A stretch of DNA of 59,889 nucleotides from positions 1-59,889 of IMG/VR virus record IMGVR_UViG_3300010371_000040, one strand, 5' to 3'. Positions 8,815 through 18,414 of this stretch are shown here, piece by piece (the first letter of the stretch is position 1; each line of letters opens with the position of its first letter). Origin of the DNA: a virus. Its lineage: Duplodnaviria > Caudoviricetes. The position numbers were made by a program, and so were the translations under genes. The notes under the pieces were generated by a model. That model did no database searches and was not told the DNA's origin. It saw nothing but the letters and a program-made list of their open reading frames with translations.

Positions 8815-9584
8815 GCGGCTGGTATCGCATGTACGACGACGAGTTGGACGATCCGCGCATACAGCGTCTGCCGGCCGAAGACTTCAAATTCCGGATGAAC
8901 TGCCTGCACCTCGCGAACCGCCACGGCGGGTTTTTGCCCTCGATCGAAGACATCGCCTTTGCGTTTCGTATGACCGATATCGCTGTCCGATCGACCCTCG
9001 ATCGCCTGCTTATCGCTGGCCTGATCGAAGTATCGAAAGGTGGGCCGAACGGTAAGCGGATCGCTCCTTTGGACTGGAATAAAAGGCAATACAAATCAGA
9101 TACTTCAACCGAAAGAGTGCAACGTTTCAGGGAACGACAGGCAACGGCGACTGAAACGCCATTACGCGCGCGTTCAGAATCAGATCAGAATCAGAATCTT
9201 AAATCCACGGCTGACGCCGTCGTGGTCGATCTATTTGGCGGTCAGCAGCAGCCCGAACCTGTCCAGGCCGCGATCGAACCCGACCAATCGTACACACCGA
9301 CCAAGGAATTTTGGGACCTCGGGCCGGCCGTGCTCAAAGCCGTCGGCGTCGAGCAGAAATCCATACGTGGCCTGATGGGCAAGCTGCAGAAGGCCAGGCG
9401 CCCGGACGAGTGCTGCCGGATCATCGAGCTGATGTCCGAGCAGCCACCCGCCGATCCGGTGCCGTGGCTGATGTCCTGGTGCAATCCGGCTCGACGCGTG
9501 CCGTTTGCCAACGGCCGACCTCCGCCCGATCCAGGCGACGACGGCTCGCCGTTCGGTTCCGGGGAAGTCATGGACAGCTGGTAA
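8811..9584 (+). CDS. phage replication initiator (replisome-organizer-like)
   Basis: MSGWYRMYDDELDDPRIQRL..., WNKRQYKSDTSTERVQRFRER; internal TCAGAA-type repeats near 9173-9198; upstream of primase-helicase. Confidence 0.75.
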   Translation: MSGWYRMYDDELDDPRIQRLPAEDFKFRMNCLHLANRHGGFLPSIEDIAFAFRMTDIAVRSTLDRLLIAGLIEVSKGGPNGKRIAPLDWNKRQYKSDTSTERVQRFRERQATATETPLRARSESDQNQNLKSTADAVVVDLFGGQQQPEPVQAAIEPDQSYTPTKEFWDLGPAVLKAVGVEQKSIRGLMGKLQKARRPDECCRIIELMSEQPPADPVPWLMSWCNPARRVPFANGRPPPDPGDDGSPFGSGEVMDSW

Positions 9585-9588
9585 AATC

Positions 9589-9888
9589 ATGGGGATGCAC
9601 GATGAAATTACGAAATTGGGGATCAAGCTGCCATCAACGGCACCGGGGACCTACCACACGACCTGCCCAAAATGCTCGCACACCAGGAAGCACAAAACCG
9701 CGCGCTGCCTCACCGTCACCATCGAGCGAGACCGCTTCAAGCATTTTTGCCACCATTGCGGCTGGAAAGGTGTCGTAAGCGATGGCGCTGAGCAGCAAAG
9801 CCATCGATTGGGCCAAAGGCCGCGGAATCAGCGAGTCGACTTTGGCGGCGCTCGGCGTCGACAGCGGTACGACCTGGATGGGCGATGA
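9589..9888 (+). CDS. primase zinc-binding domain (separate ORF)
   Basis: TTCPKCSHTRK...CL...FCHHCGWKG, like the N-terminus of T7 gp4/Twinkle-type primases. Confidence 0.75.
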   Translation: MGMHDEITKLGIKLPSTAPGTYHTTCPKCSHTRKHKTARCLTVTIERDRFKHFCHHCGWKGVVSDGAEQQSHRLGQRPRNQRVDFGGARRRQRYDLDGR

Positions 9889-11251
9889 GCGGGGCGAATG
9901 CGAGGTAATCGCCTTCCCGTACCGTCGCGGCGCCAAGGTCATCAACTGCAAATACCGGACGATCGAGGGCAAAGACTTCAAGCAGATGAAGGACCCGGAG
10001 CTGCGTTTCTGGAACGCGGACGCGGTACTTGCCGGGGAGAAGCGCGAGGTTTTCATCGTCGAGGGGGAGTGTGACGCCCTGGCGATGGTCGAGGCAGGCC
10101 TGTCGATCGACGCGGTGCTCAGCGTGCCGAACGGGGCGCCGTCACAGGCCTCCGACGCTCCCGAACAGCAGGACCGCTACCGGTTCGTCGAGACGGCGCT
10201 GGGCGAGGGGATGGGGAAGGTCAAGAAGTTCGTGATCGCCGTCGACCAGGACGCGCCCGGCCTCGCTCTGCGGCAGGACCTTGTGCGCCTGCTGGGCCCG
10301 GCGCGCTGCTCATTCATCGATTGGCCGTACGGCTGCAAGGACGCGAACGAATTCCTGCTGAAGTTCGGCGCCGAGGACTTGCGATCATATCTCACCGAGG
10401 CCGCGCAGGAATGGCCGGTGGAGGGGTTGTACCGTCTATCCGAGCTGCCGGAGCAGGCGCCTTTCGAGACCTGGTTGCCAGGCTTCCGAGAGTGGGAAAA
10501 CAAGCTACGATTCGCGGCCAGGACTGTGAGCGTTTGCACCGGCTATCCCGGGCACGGAAAGACGTCTCTGATGACCCAAATCTGGTATCAGATCTGCCGC
10601 GATTATAACCTGTCGGTGGCGATGGCGAGTTTCGAGACGCGGCCGAAGCCTCACCAGCGAAAGAACATCCGCCAGTTCATGTACGGCAAGCCCCAGGGCG
10701 AGCTTTCGGATAATCAGATCGCCGAGGCCGATAAGTGGGCCGACGATCATATGTATTGGATGGTCCACCCGAATCGCAAACCTTCCCTCCGCTGGCTGTT
10801 GGACACCGCGGAGGTTGCCATAATCCGGCATAGGGTACGCTCCGTTTCGATCGATCCCTGGAATCGCCTCGAGGGTGATCGGCCGCAGGGGATGTCCGAG
10901 ACCGATTACATCGGCCAGTGCCTGGACGAGTGCATCGACTTCGCCAACGACATGAACGTCCACGTCCAGATCCTCGCGCACCCCGCTAAGACCGACCCCA
11001 ACCACCGAAAGAGCCCGCCGCAGCTCTACGACATCGCCGGCAGCTCGCACTGGAATAACAAGGTCGATCTTGGCCTGTGCGTCCATCGGCCGGCGACATT
11101 CGAAGGCGGCCAGCGCAAGACCGAGGCCAATCTGTACGTGCTCAAGACGCGCTTTGAGGAGCTCGGTTATCCGTGCAAGTTGGCGCTGGATTATAGGCTG
11201 GATCAGCGGCGGTACGTCTCGACCGATTATCAGGTGGGGGCGGTGCCGTGA
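9782..11251 (+). CDS. TOPRIM primase plus DnaB-like (SF4) helicase
   Basis: IVEGECDAL, SVPNGA, AVDQDAPG, KDANE; Walker A GYPGHGKT; IDPWN; AHP; DIAGS. Confidence 0.92.
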   Translation: MALSSKAIDWAKGRGISESTLAALGVDSGTTWMGDERGECEVIAFPYRRGAKVINCKYRTIEGKDFKQMKDPELRFWNADAVLAGEKREVFIVEGECDALAMVEAGLSIDAVLSVPNGAPSQASDAPEQQDRYRFVETALGEGMGKVKKFVIAVDQDAPGLALRQDLVRLLGPARCSFIDWPYGCKDANEFLLKFGAEDLRSYLTEAAQEWPVEGLYRLSELPEQAPFETWLPGFREWENKLRFAARTVSVCTGYPGHGKTSLMTQIWYQICRDYNLSVAMASFETRPKPHQRKNIRQFMYGKPQGELSDNQIAEADKWADDHMYWMVHPNRKPSLRWLLDTAEVAIIRHRVRSVSIDPWNRLEGDRPQGMSETDYIGQCLDECIDFANDMNVHVQILAHPAKTDPNHRKSPPQLYDIAGSSHWNNKVDLGLCVHRPATFEGGQRKTEANLYVLKTRFEELGYPCKLALDYRLDQRRYVSTDYQVGAVP

Positions 11252-11304
11252 TCTACGGCAGCGTGTGCAGCGGGATAGAAGCCGCGACGGCCGCTTGGCA
11301 TCCC
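11248..11304 (+). pseudogene. C5-cytosine methyltransferase, N-terminal fragment
   Basis: GTG start; MIYGSVCSGIEAATAAWHP is motif I of phage Dcm. Confidence 0.8.
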
Positions 11305-11773
11305 CATGCTTATCCGGTTCCCACCCATAGCCACAACGCCTAGGAGATAGACATGGGAACGCATCTTATTGATGGCGAGTTTCAGTCGGACAAGTACCCG
11401 ACAACCCCGCGCGGCAAGGTTCCGCTGAGCACCAAGGACCCGACCGCTCAAGACCTGCTTTGGCAATACGCCCAGCGCCGCCGTTCGGTCGATGCCGAAT
11501 TCGCTGACGATCTGGAATGGGCGCTCACTAAGCACGGGTATGTCTACTCCCCCGACCTTCCCGGCACCCGCGTGACGCCTACAGATGAGATGATAGAGGC
11601 ATTCTGCGCGAAGATTGCCCCATTGGATGACTGCGATTGGGGTGCGAAGAAATACATTCGAGATGTACTCGCCCACTTCACCGCTCCTGCACGGGTAGAG
11701 CCTACCGACGAAGCAATTGTTTCACCGCCCAAAGCTACGGATAGTGGCGATGGGCGTTAACCGGATAAGCATG
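11305..11773. mobile_element. inverted-repeat-bounded insertion carrying one passenger ORF
   Basis: 30-bp imperfect IRs 11305-11334 and 11744-11773 (outer 15 bp perfect, CATGCTTATCCGGTT; 26/30 overall), CCC on both outer flanks. Confidence 0.65.
11353..11760 (+). CDS. hypothetical passenger protein
   Basis: AGGAG RBS; stop codon lies in the right IR. Confidence 0.7.
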   Translation: MGTHLIDGEFQSDKYPTTPRGKVPLSTKDPTAQDLLWQYAQRRRSVDAEFADDLEWALTKHGYVYSPDLPGTRVTPTDEMIEAFCAKIAPLDDCDWGAKKYIRDVLAHFTAPARVEPTDEAIVSPPKATDSGDGR

Positions 11774-12096
11774 CCCTGAACCTACGCGGTCGGGAAGGCG
11801 GATCGCAGTTCGAAGAGGCGGACGTCGCCAGCCTCCGCTCGGCGAGCGGAGGCTCTAGCCGTTCCTACGTGTCGCAATCGGCCGTGCGGCGTCTGATGCC
11901 CGTCGAGTGTGAGAGATTGCAGGGATTCCCCGACGGGTGGACGGATGTGCCTTATCGGGGAAAGCCTGCGGCAGATGGTCCGCGGTACAAGGCTCTGGGC
12001 AACTCGATGGCGGTTCCGTGTATGCGGTGGATTGGCGAGAGAATTCAGATGGTGGACGACCTGCTCAGTCGACCATCCCCAGCCCGAGCGCCCTGA
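11774..12096 (+). pseudogene. C5-cytosine methyltransferase, C-terminal fragment
   Basis: VRRLMPVECERLQGFPDGWT...RYKALGNSMAVP are motifs IX-X; no PCQ or ENV motif anywhere. Confidence 0.85.
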
Positions 12097-12268
12097 TCTC
12101 CAGTTCCAGCTTCAGGCGCTCGCGGATGGCGTTGGCGTCGGCACCGGTGGGATCGCTGCCGTATCCATCGACCAGAATGCGCTCGATGATGTTCGTTGGC
12201 AGGCGCGCGACGTCCAAAGGCTCGCTCAGCGGTTGGCCGAAGAGTTCCCTAACTTCCCATTCCAGCAT
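12065..12268 (-). CDS. hypothetical protein
   Basis: GGAGG RBS upstream; opposite strand. Confidence 0.5.
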   Translation of the reverse strand: MLEWEVRELFGQPLSEPLDVARLPTNIIERILVDGYGSDPTGADANAIRERLKLELEIRALGLGMVD

Positions 12269-12372
12269 GATTTTCTCAGCCTCCGACGCGCAGTGAAAGG
12301 CAGGCGACGAACATCGCTCCCGCCGCGCCCTTCGCTATCCTGTGCTTACCACAGTCAACAGGAGCGAAATCC

Positions 12373-12696
12373 ATGGATGAGCGAATCTATGAGATCGCCA
12401 TCAACGATGGGCACGCGATCCAGCGGTATCGTGCTGTCGAATACGAGGGCGCGATATGGCTCGCCTTAGCCTGGATCGCCAATGATCGAGAACGATGGCA
12501 AGCGCCAACGATATTGGTCGGTCTGGAGAATCATCAGGTCCGAGATCACCGGACGATGGTTGGTGTCCCGGATTTCTCGATACCCTCACCAGTGCCCAAA
12601 GCTGAAATCGAGGCCCTTTCCCGAGGGGAACCAGTCGCCGGATACAGAGTGGTAAGGTCTCCGCCGTTGCGATTTCCCTTAGAGACCCGTCACTGA
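12373..12696 (+). CDS. hypothetical protein
   Basis: AGGAG RBS. Confidence 0.6.
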   Translation: MDERIYEIAINDGHAIQRYRAVEYEGAIWLALAWIANDRERWQAPTILVGLENHQVRDHRTMVGVPDFSIPSPVPKAEIEALSRGEPVAGYRVVRSPPLRFPLETRH

Positions 12697-12727
12697 TGTC
12701 CGGTTCTGTCATACGGGATGATCCACT

Positions 12728-13375
12728 GTGACTAAGCGCAAGGACACACACCCGCTGGAAAAGGCGGCTCTTGAGCGCCACGCTGCTGCGGTCGGTGAAA
12801 TCGTCTTGGCGTGGAACGACCTACACGAGCATCTGTCCTTCATATTCTCCACCATCTTGGCTCATCCGCATCCGCTGGTGGCACACGCGCTTTGGACCAC
12901 GCTCGCGAACGACGCCGCTCAGCGCGATCTATTCCTCGCTGCCTTGGAAATGCCGGACATTGGACCGCCGCCCCGTATTCGGGAAAAGTTCAAATGGGCG
13001 ATAAAGCAGTTGGGCGGCCTGGCTGTGTATCGCAACGACATCGTCCACGGCTCCACAGGCTTCCTGATCAACGACAAAGGCGTCGAGATGGGTTTCTCAG
13101 TGTCCGGAAACTCCCTGAAGCGACTAATTCGCCATCGCCACGGCCCTGTAGGCATCGGCCTGCCCGAGGTCATGTCGATGCTGCGGGACGATCTGCGGCG
13201 GATCGACGATTATGTTTCGGACGTTTGGCGCTCGATGCCGCCGATGAAGCTGCGCACATCGCCTTGTAGACCGCGACTGCGGCTTCTCGAAGCCATTGGT
13301 CGGGCCATCGCTCAAGAGCCTCGCCCCCCTCACAAGAAAGCACGAAAGCGCCAGCGGAAATCATCTTCCCGGTGA
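12728..13375 (+). CDS. hypothetical helical protein (possibly HEPN-like)
   Basis: VGEIVLAWNDL...RNDIVHG (RxxxxH). Confidence 0.5.
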   Translation: MTKRKDTHPLEKAALERHAAAVGEIVLAWNDLHEHLSFIFSTILAHPHPLVAHALWTTLANDAAQRDLFLAALEMPDIGPPPRIREKFKWAIKQLGGLAVYRNDIVHGSTGFLINDKGVEMGFSVSGNSLKRLIRHRHGPVGIGLPEVMSMLRDDLRRIDDYVSDVWRSMPPMKLRTSPCRPRLRLLEAIGRAIAQEPRPPHKKARKRQRKSSSR

Positions 13376-13725
13376 TCGCTGCGTTTTTGCGTTGGCGGGA
13401 TATGCGTGGCGATGCGCTCATCACGCACCGCCTGCGGCGGCCTGTCGATAAAACCCTACCACTTGTGCCTACTACGTTAAAGTGATAATTCCCCCTGTTG
13501 CGGTGTAGTCTACAGGAATTCGCCGGGTTGGCAAGCGCCAGAAACACCGAGGCCCCGGATGCTGGGAGCAGCACCGGGGCCTTCTTCGATCCGCCGTCCC
13601 TGCCGAAGCCAGGGGTGCGGAAAGCGGGTTGACGGCAAAGTTACCAAGCCGTACCGTCGCATCGCTTGGCGGCGATTTCACCTACATACGGTCAGCCGCG
13701 CTCCAACGCAAGCTTTCGGGTGCGT

Positions 13726-14034
13726 ATGTCCGATTTCTGGTCACATCTCGCGTTGTTCGCCGGCCTGATCGTCGTGGTCGCGACGGCGGGCGCGTACCTC
13801 TTTCGCCGTAGATCCGACCGCGCCGACAGCCAGGCGATCCCGCTCCGCTCGCACATCGGCGATATCGGCGAATTCATCGAATGCCGCCAGCCATGCCCGT
13901 TCTGCCGATCGTCGGACCTGGTGCTCGATGTGGATTCGCTATGCAAGCACCACGTGGCGTGCGACCGGTGCGGGATATGGGGCCCGGCCGGGGATGATCC
14001 CGCGGACGCCGTGGCGATTTGGGATAAGCGGTGA
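13726..14034 (+). CDS. Lar-like zinc-finger protein with N-terminal hydrophobic helix
   Basis: PCPFC...VACDRCGIWGP...AVAIWDKR. Confidence 0.6.
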   Translation: MSDFWSHLALFAGLIVVVATAGAYLFRRRSDRADSQAIPLRSHIGDIGEFIECRQPCPFCRSSDLVLDVDSLCKHHVACDRCGIWGPAGDDPADAVAIWDKR

Positions 14035-14306
14035 TGGCGGTCAAACCCCTCAAGGTTGTCGAGTTCAAGCCGGAGCGCGCGGATCCGGAAGTGGTCGATG
14101 CGCTCGCCGACCTCTTGGATCTCGCCAAATCCGGCCACCTGCGCGGGTTCGTCATGGTCACGACTGAATTGCTTGAGACCGGTGCCGCAGGAACCGCGAT
14201 TCTCGATGCCGGCGTGATGGATTCGATCAGATTCCTCGGCAAGATCTCGATGCTCGAGGCCAAGGTGCGGCGAGATTTCCTCGAGCATCTTGAGAGCGAC
14301 GAGTGA
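14031..14306 (+). CDS. hypothetical protein
   Basis: Coupled ORF. Confidence 0.6.
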   Translation: MMAVKPLKVVEFKPERADPEVVDALADLLDLAKSGHLRGFVMVTTELLETGAAGTAILDAGVMDSIRFLGKISMLEAKVRRDFLEHLESDE

Positions 14307-14797
14307 TCGTGTACAAGCGCACCGCCAAATTCCAAGCGAAAGTCGCAGCATTATCGGGTGCGCCCCTGCAGAACTGGGATCATTTCCAGCAACGCCGGGG
14401 AAGCAAAAAGCCCGATACGGTCGAGCATTACGCTACGCAGCCGACCCAATCATTTTGCGTTTCGGTCTCCGGTGCGGATTATGAGCGTTGCATCGAGCTG
14501 AAGTCGTGGGGCTTCAAGTGGTGCGCACCGACCAAAAGCTGGATCCGCCTTTTCTCCGACAAGGGTAAGGCGATCAGCTTGGCCCGGGACCTCCGCGACC
14601 GCGGCTATCCCGTGAAGCTGCACAACGTGAAGCCGCAAGAGGCGCCCAAGCCAATCGTCCAGAAACAGCGCATCGAGATTTATGGCCCCGTGACCCGCAC
14701 GGAAGCCACAGGAAAAGCGCGATCGTATCGCGGGCAGGGAGGCCAGGCAGCGATTAGCGCCGGCGATGCCCATAAATGGCGTGAGAACCGCCGTTGA
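14303..14797 (+). CDS. hypothetical protein
   Basis: Coupled ORF; ELKSWGFKWCAPTKSW motif. Confidence 0.55.
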   Translation: MIVYKRTAKFQAKVAALSGAPLQNWDHFQQRRGSKKPDTVEHYATQPTQSFCVSVSGADYERCIELKSWGFKWCAPTKSWIRLFSDKGKAISLARDLRDRGYPVKLHNVKPQEAPKPIVQKQRIEIYGPVTRTEATGKARSYRGQGGQAAISAGDAHKWRENRR

Positions 14798-15131
14798 ACA
14801 GATTTTCCAACATAGTCTCTCGGGATACCGCCGAGGGTGCAATCGGGGCTCCGCCCAAGCCGTAACGCTTGTTCAGGCGCGGAGGCTACCGCGCTCGTCT
14901 CGTCGTTTCGTTAAACGATCCCAACCGGGGCAGCGCCCGCCATAGCGCAAACCCCTGCGGCTCAAAGTGTTGCCACGCGGCCAATCTCCTTCGCGCGCGG
15001 CAGTTAGCACTGAATTAAAGAGATATGATTTCCCATGCCCGAAACCCACCGAAATCCTTCCCTGCTACCATCCATCCGCTGCAAAACACGTCGCTCGTCG
15101 CGCACCCTGCATTCCTCGCAGATGGTAAGCC

Positions 15132-15488
15132 TCAACCCTTCTTGCGTTGCTGGTCGAGGATGAGACGAAGCCACCGAGCAGCACCGGCAACACCCTCCAT
15201 CCGCTTGGCGTGTTCGTGCTCTGCGGCAGCCGCCAAGGTGCGTCGCAGGTCCGCTGAGAACCGAGTAGCCGTGCAACGGTCCAGCACCTGCTCAAGCACG
15301 GGCCGCGGGACAGTCAGGTGACCGCTGCCCCATTTCTGGACAGTCTGATATCGGCGTCCGAACACAGCCGCCATGCGACGATTCCAATCCTCTCCATATG
15401 CAACCCGAAAGATTTCGGAAAACCGTGGCTGAGATACCGAACCCGCTGCAACGTAATCCGCAGGCTCTTGAAGCCAAGTACGGGGCAT
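15132..15488 (-). CDS. HTH regulator divergent from the resolvase
   Basis: YGEDWNRRMAAVFGRRYQTVQKWGSG helix-turn-helix pattern. Confidence 0.6.
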   Translation of the reverse strand: MPRTWLQEPADYVAAGSVSQPRFSEIFRVAYGEDWNRRMAAVFGRRYQTVQKWGSGHLTVPRPVLEQVLDRCTATRFSADLRRTLAAAAEHEHAKRMEGVAGAARWLRLILDQQRKKG

Positions 15489-15572
15489 GGCGTCGGCTCT
15501 CGCTCTGTCAGTGGTCGAAATTGACCCGTCCCGTGTAGTCCCGAAACCCGCAGAAAACAAGGCTTTTGGTGA

Positions 15573-15602
15573 TTGACATGCGGTGTAGTTGTTCGATATC
15601 TG
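15573..15602 (+). promoter_or_regulatory. sigma70-like promoter of the resolvase containing CGGTGTAGTT
   Basis: TTGACA at 15573, TATCTG 18 bp later. Confidence 0.5.
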
Positions 15603-15636
15603 TCTAAGGGTCGCCATTGTCGAACGGGAAAAACAG

Positions 15637-16179
15637 ATGAAACCGGCACTCGCCTATATCCGCGTCAGCACACAGAAACAGGGTCGCTCCGGTCTCGGAC
15701 TGGAAGCACAGACGGCAACTATTGAGCGGGTGTCCGCGGCAGAGGGCTTCCGGGTGATCGAGACCTATCAGGACGTCGAGTCTGGATCGAAGGACGATCG
15801 GCCAGCGCTGATGCAGGCGCTGGCGAGGGCGAAGCTTCTCGGCTGTCCGATCATTGTCGCCAAACTCGACCGATTATCACGAGACGTCCACTTTATCTCG
15901 GGTTTGATGAAGGAGCAGGTCGAGTTCATCACCGGCGATCTTGGGCGCCAGGCCGATCCGTTCACGCTGCACATATACGCCGCCTTCGCTGAGAGGGAGC
16001 GGAAGATGATCAGCGACAGGACCAGAGCCGCGATGGCAGCTGCGAAGGCTCGAGGCCAGACGTTCGGCAACCCCAACCTCGCTGCTGTCCGCTTCAAGGG
16101 TGATGCCAGAGTGGCGGCCATGGCGCGCGAGGCGCGGTCGATCAAACTGGCACAGCGCAGGGCCAGGGCGGCGATCTGA
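15637..16179 (+). CDS. small serine recombinase (resolvase/invertase family)
   Basis: YIRVST..Q, DVESG..DRP, VAKLDRLSRD, AERERKMISDRT. Confidence 0.92.
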   Translation: MKPALAYIRVSTQKQGRSGLGLEAQTATIERVSAAEGFRVIETYQDVESGSKDDRPALMQALARAKLLGCPIIVAKLDRLSRDVHFISGLMKEQVEFITGDLGRQADPFTLHIYAAFAERERKMISDRTRAAMAAAKARGQTFGNPNLAAVRFKGDARVAAMAREARSIKLAQRRARAAI

Positions 16180-16775
16180 GAGGGTGGGTAGCCGGCATGG
16201 GTGTTCCCCGGCGCCCAGCCGACCCGATGGGACACACGGGATGGACGTTGAGGGCGCTACATCTCCCACCCCCCACAACCCTGAGCGCGACTACACCGTG
16301 CGACGGAAGCGAGGGTTTCTGCGGGTTTGAGCGGTTGGTCGGGTGGCTACTTGGAGGGTTTGGCGGCTTACTTGGAGCTTTTCGGCGCTGACCGAGGGGC
16401 GATTTGAATGCCGAAATCATCGGAACGCCCCAGAAAGGCACTACACCGCAGCGTGAAAGGGTGTATGGTGTAGTTGTTTTTGGCGAGGGAGGTCGTTATG
16501 GGCGCTGGTGGTGGCGGTGTCGGCTTCGGCGGGCATCATGTTGGCGGGGCCGGTTTGTCCCGCCGGGTGATTTCGAGTTCGGATGCCGCTCGCGAGACGA
16601 TGTCCGCGGCTCGCGGCATGCTAGACGAGGACCGGCAGAAGGACCCGAGCCGCGAGTGGAGGACCGATCATGGGCTTCCGCAGCCTTGGCCGGCGGGCGC
16701 ATGGTTCTGGGTCGGCTTCTTGGTCGGTGCATTCGTGATTTCGATCCCGTGGTGGATTTTTTGGGAGAACACCTG

Positions 16776-16970
16776 ATGTCGGACACACAACACGAGCTCG
16801 ATACGGACCTGCGGATGCACTGCCTGGAGTTGGCGGCGGACAAGATGCCGTCGTTCGGCAGCCATCAGGCCGTGGTTCAGGCGGCCGAGGCGTACTACGC
16901 GTTCGTGACGGGCGAGGGAACCGGGCTCAAGTTGTCCGGCTTGCCGCCGGATCAGAAGGTGAGTGTGTGA
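16776..16970 (+). CDS. hypothetical protein
   Basis: GGAG RBS; LRMHCLELA...VVQAAEAYYAFV. Confidence 0.55.
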   Translation: MSDTQHELDTDLRMHCLELAADKMPSFGSHQAVVQAAEAYYAFVTGEGTGLKLSGLPPDQKVSV

Positions 16971-17347
16971 TGCCGTCGATCACCGAGTTCATGTGGCTGC
17001 GTCACGGTTCGCCGATGCCGGAAGGTTGGCGTCTTGCCGATCAGGCGATCACGCACCACACGCGGTATGCGGTGCTGATCATGCGCGAGGTGGGGCCATG
17101 ATATTCGCCTCGATCTTCGGCGCCGCCGGCGTTGCGATCATCCTGTACGTCGCGTTCGGCGCGCACGGGGTGAAGTGCGATTGCGAGCGGGGAGAAAAAT
17201 GCGGAGAGTGCTGAGCAGGTTTCATAGTCAGTTCGGGCGGATACACGCGATCCAGTTTCGCGCGGGGCGCCGGATCGTATTCGTGAGGCTTCCTGATGGC
17301 GGATATCTGTTTCCATCGTCGGTGGAGACAGTGAACCGAGGCCGACC

Positions 17348-17560
17348 GTGGCAGGACGTGCAGTGAGCGTCATCGAAGAAATCCGCCGCGGCCAACGCTT
17401 CGGCATGCTCACCGTCCGCGGACCTGGCGCATCGGACGCACGCGGGGCCGCCGGCTGGATCTGCGACTGCGACTGCGGCACGAAGGGCGTGTGGGCGAAG
17501 GGTCAGAAATTGCGGTCGGGCGCGAAGACGTCGTGCGGCTGCCGGGGGAGGGGAAAGTGA
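17348..17560 (+). CDS. isolated DNA-binding module of the HNH/AP2 homing-endonuclease type
   Basis: GQRFGMLTV...WICDCDCG...LRSGAKTSCGC. Confidence 0.6.
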   Translation: MAGRAVSVIEEIRRGQRFGMLTVRGPGASDARGAAGWICDCDCGTKGVWAKGQKLRSGAKTSCGCRGRGK

Positions 17561-18414
17561 AAATCTATGCCCGCGACCTCAAGCGGATTTTGGCGTCCTT
17601 GCCCGAGGAGCCGACGCACAACGATAGATGCCCGCACCCCAAGGTTTACGTCCAACCACGGCCAGTCATCCCGTGGGGGTCTCCCATGCCTAACGCGGTG
17701 ACGACGTCGACCCTGCACGTCACGTTCGACGGCAGTGACTTCATAATCGAGGGCTGAAATGATCATCGAAGCGTGGCACGGTGCGTATGTGATCCTGACC
17801 GATATCCTCGGTTTTGCGATGGCGCTGGCGGTCCTGGCCGTCATCGGTTTCGCGGTCGCTGTGGTCCGGAAGCTGGTGATCCGATGAGCGACATCGCCGT
17901 CACCGATGCCATGCGCCGCGCCGGTATCGCCGCCTTCCGCGCATGGTGCCAGGGCGATTGCCCCGACGACCTCGGCGTGTACGACTTCATCTATCTGGCG
18001 ATGGAACGGGCGCGGATGGAGGGCGAGCAGGCGGCCAGGGATGCGCGGTTGTCGGCGAGGGACGCCACCTCCTGCGATGACGTGCCGCCAGCATGAACAG
18101 AATTTGGGGTCGCTGCGGGTTCCAAAGGGCGGATGACCACGCCCCGCAACGGCCGTCCACGCTAACCGCCGGTTCCCCAATCTCGATCACGACCGGCGGC
18201 GTGCGCAAACGCGGCGGCGACGCAAGATATACACGCGAATGGACGGCAACGGTTATGGTGCAAGGATGATCGAACTTCCCCGCCGCAAGTTCCTCACCGG
18301 CCTCGGCGCGCTGATGGGCGCGGGTGCCGAGCAGGCGGTGCTTTTCGCACTCGAGCGCTGCATCTATGCCGGCGGTGCCGTTCAGGTCGTGCGCTTGAAG
18401 GGGCAGCCCGGCGA

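Noticed and set aside
10541-10552. Block 1 GG-TA-CC-GG matching primase GYPG codons
   Set aside because: Only four consecutive dinucleotides match and the flanks do not; expected by chance
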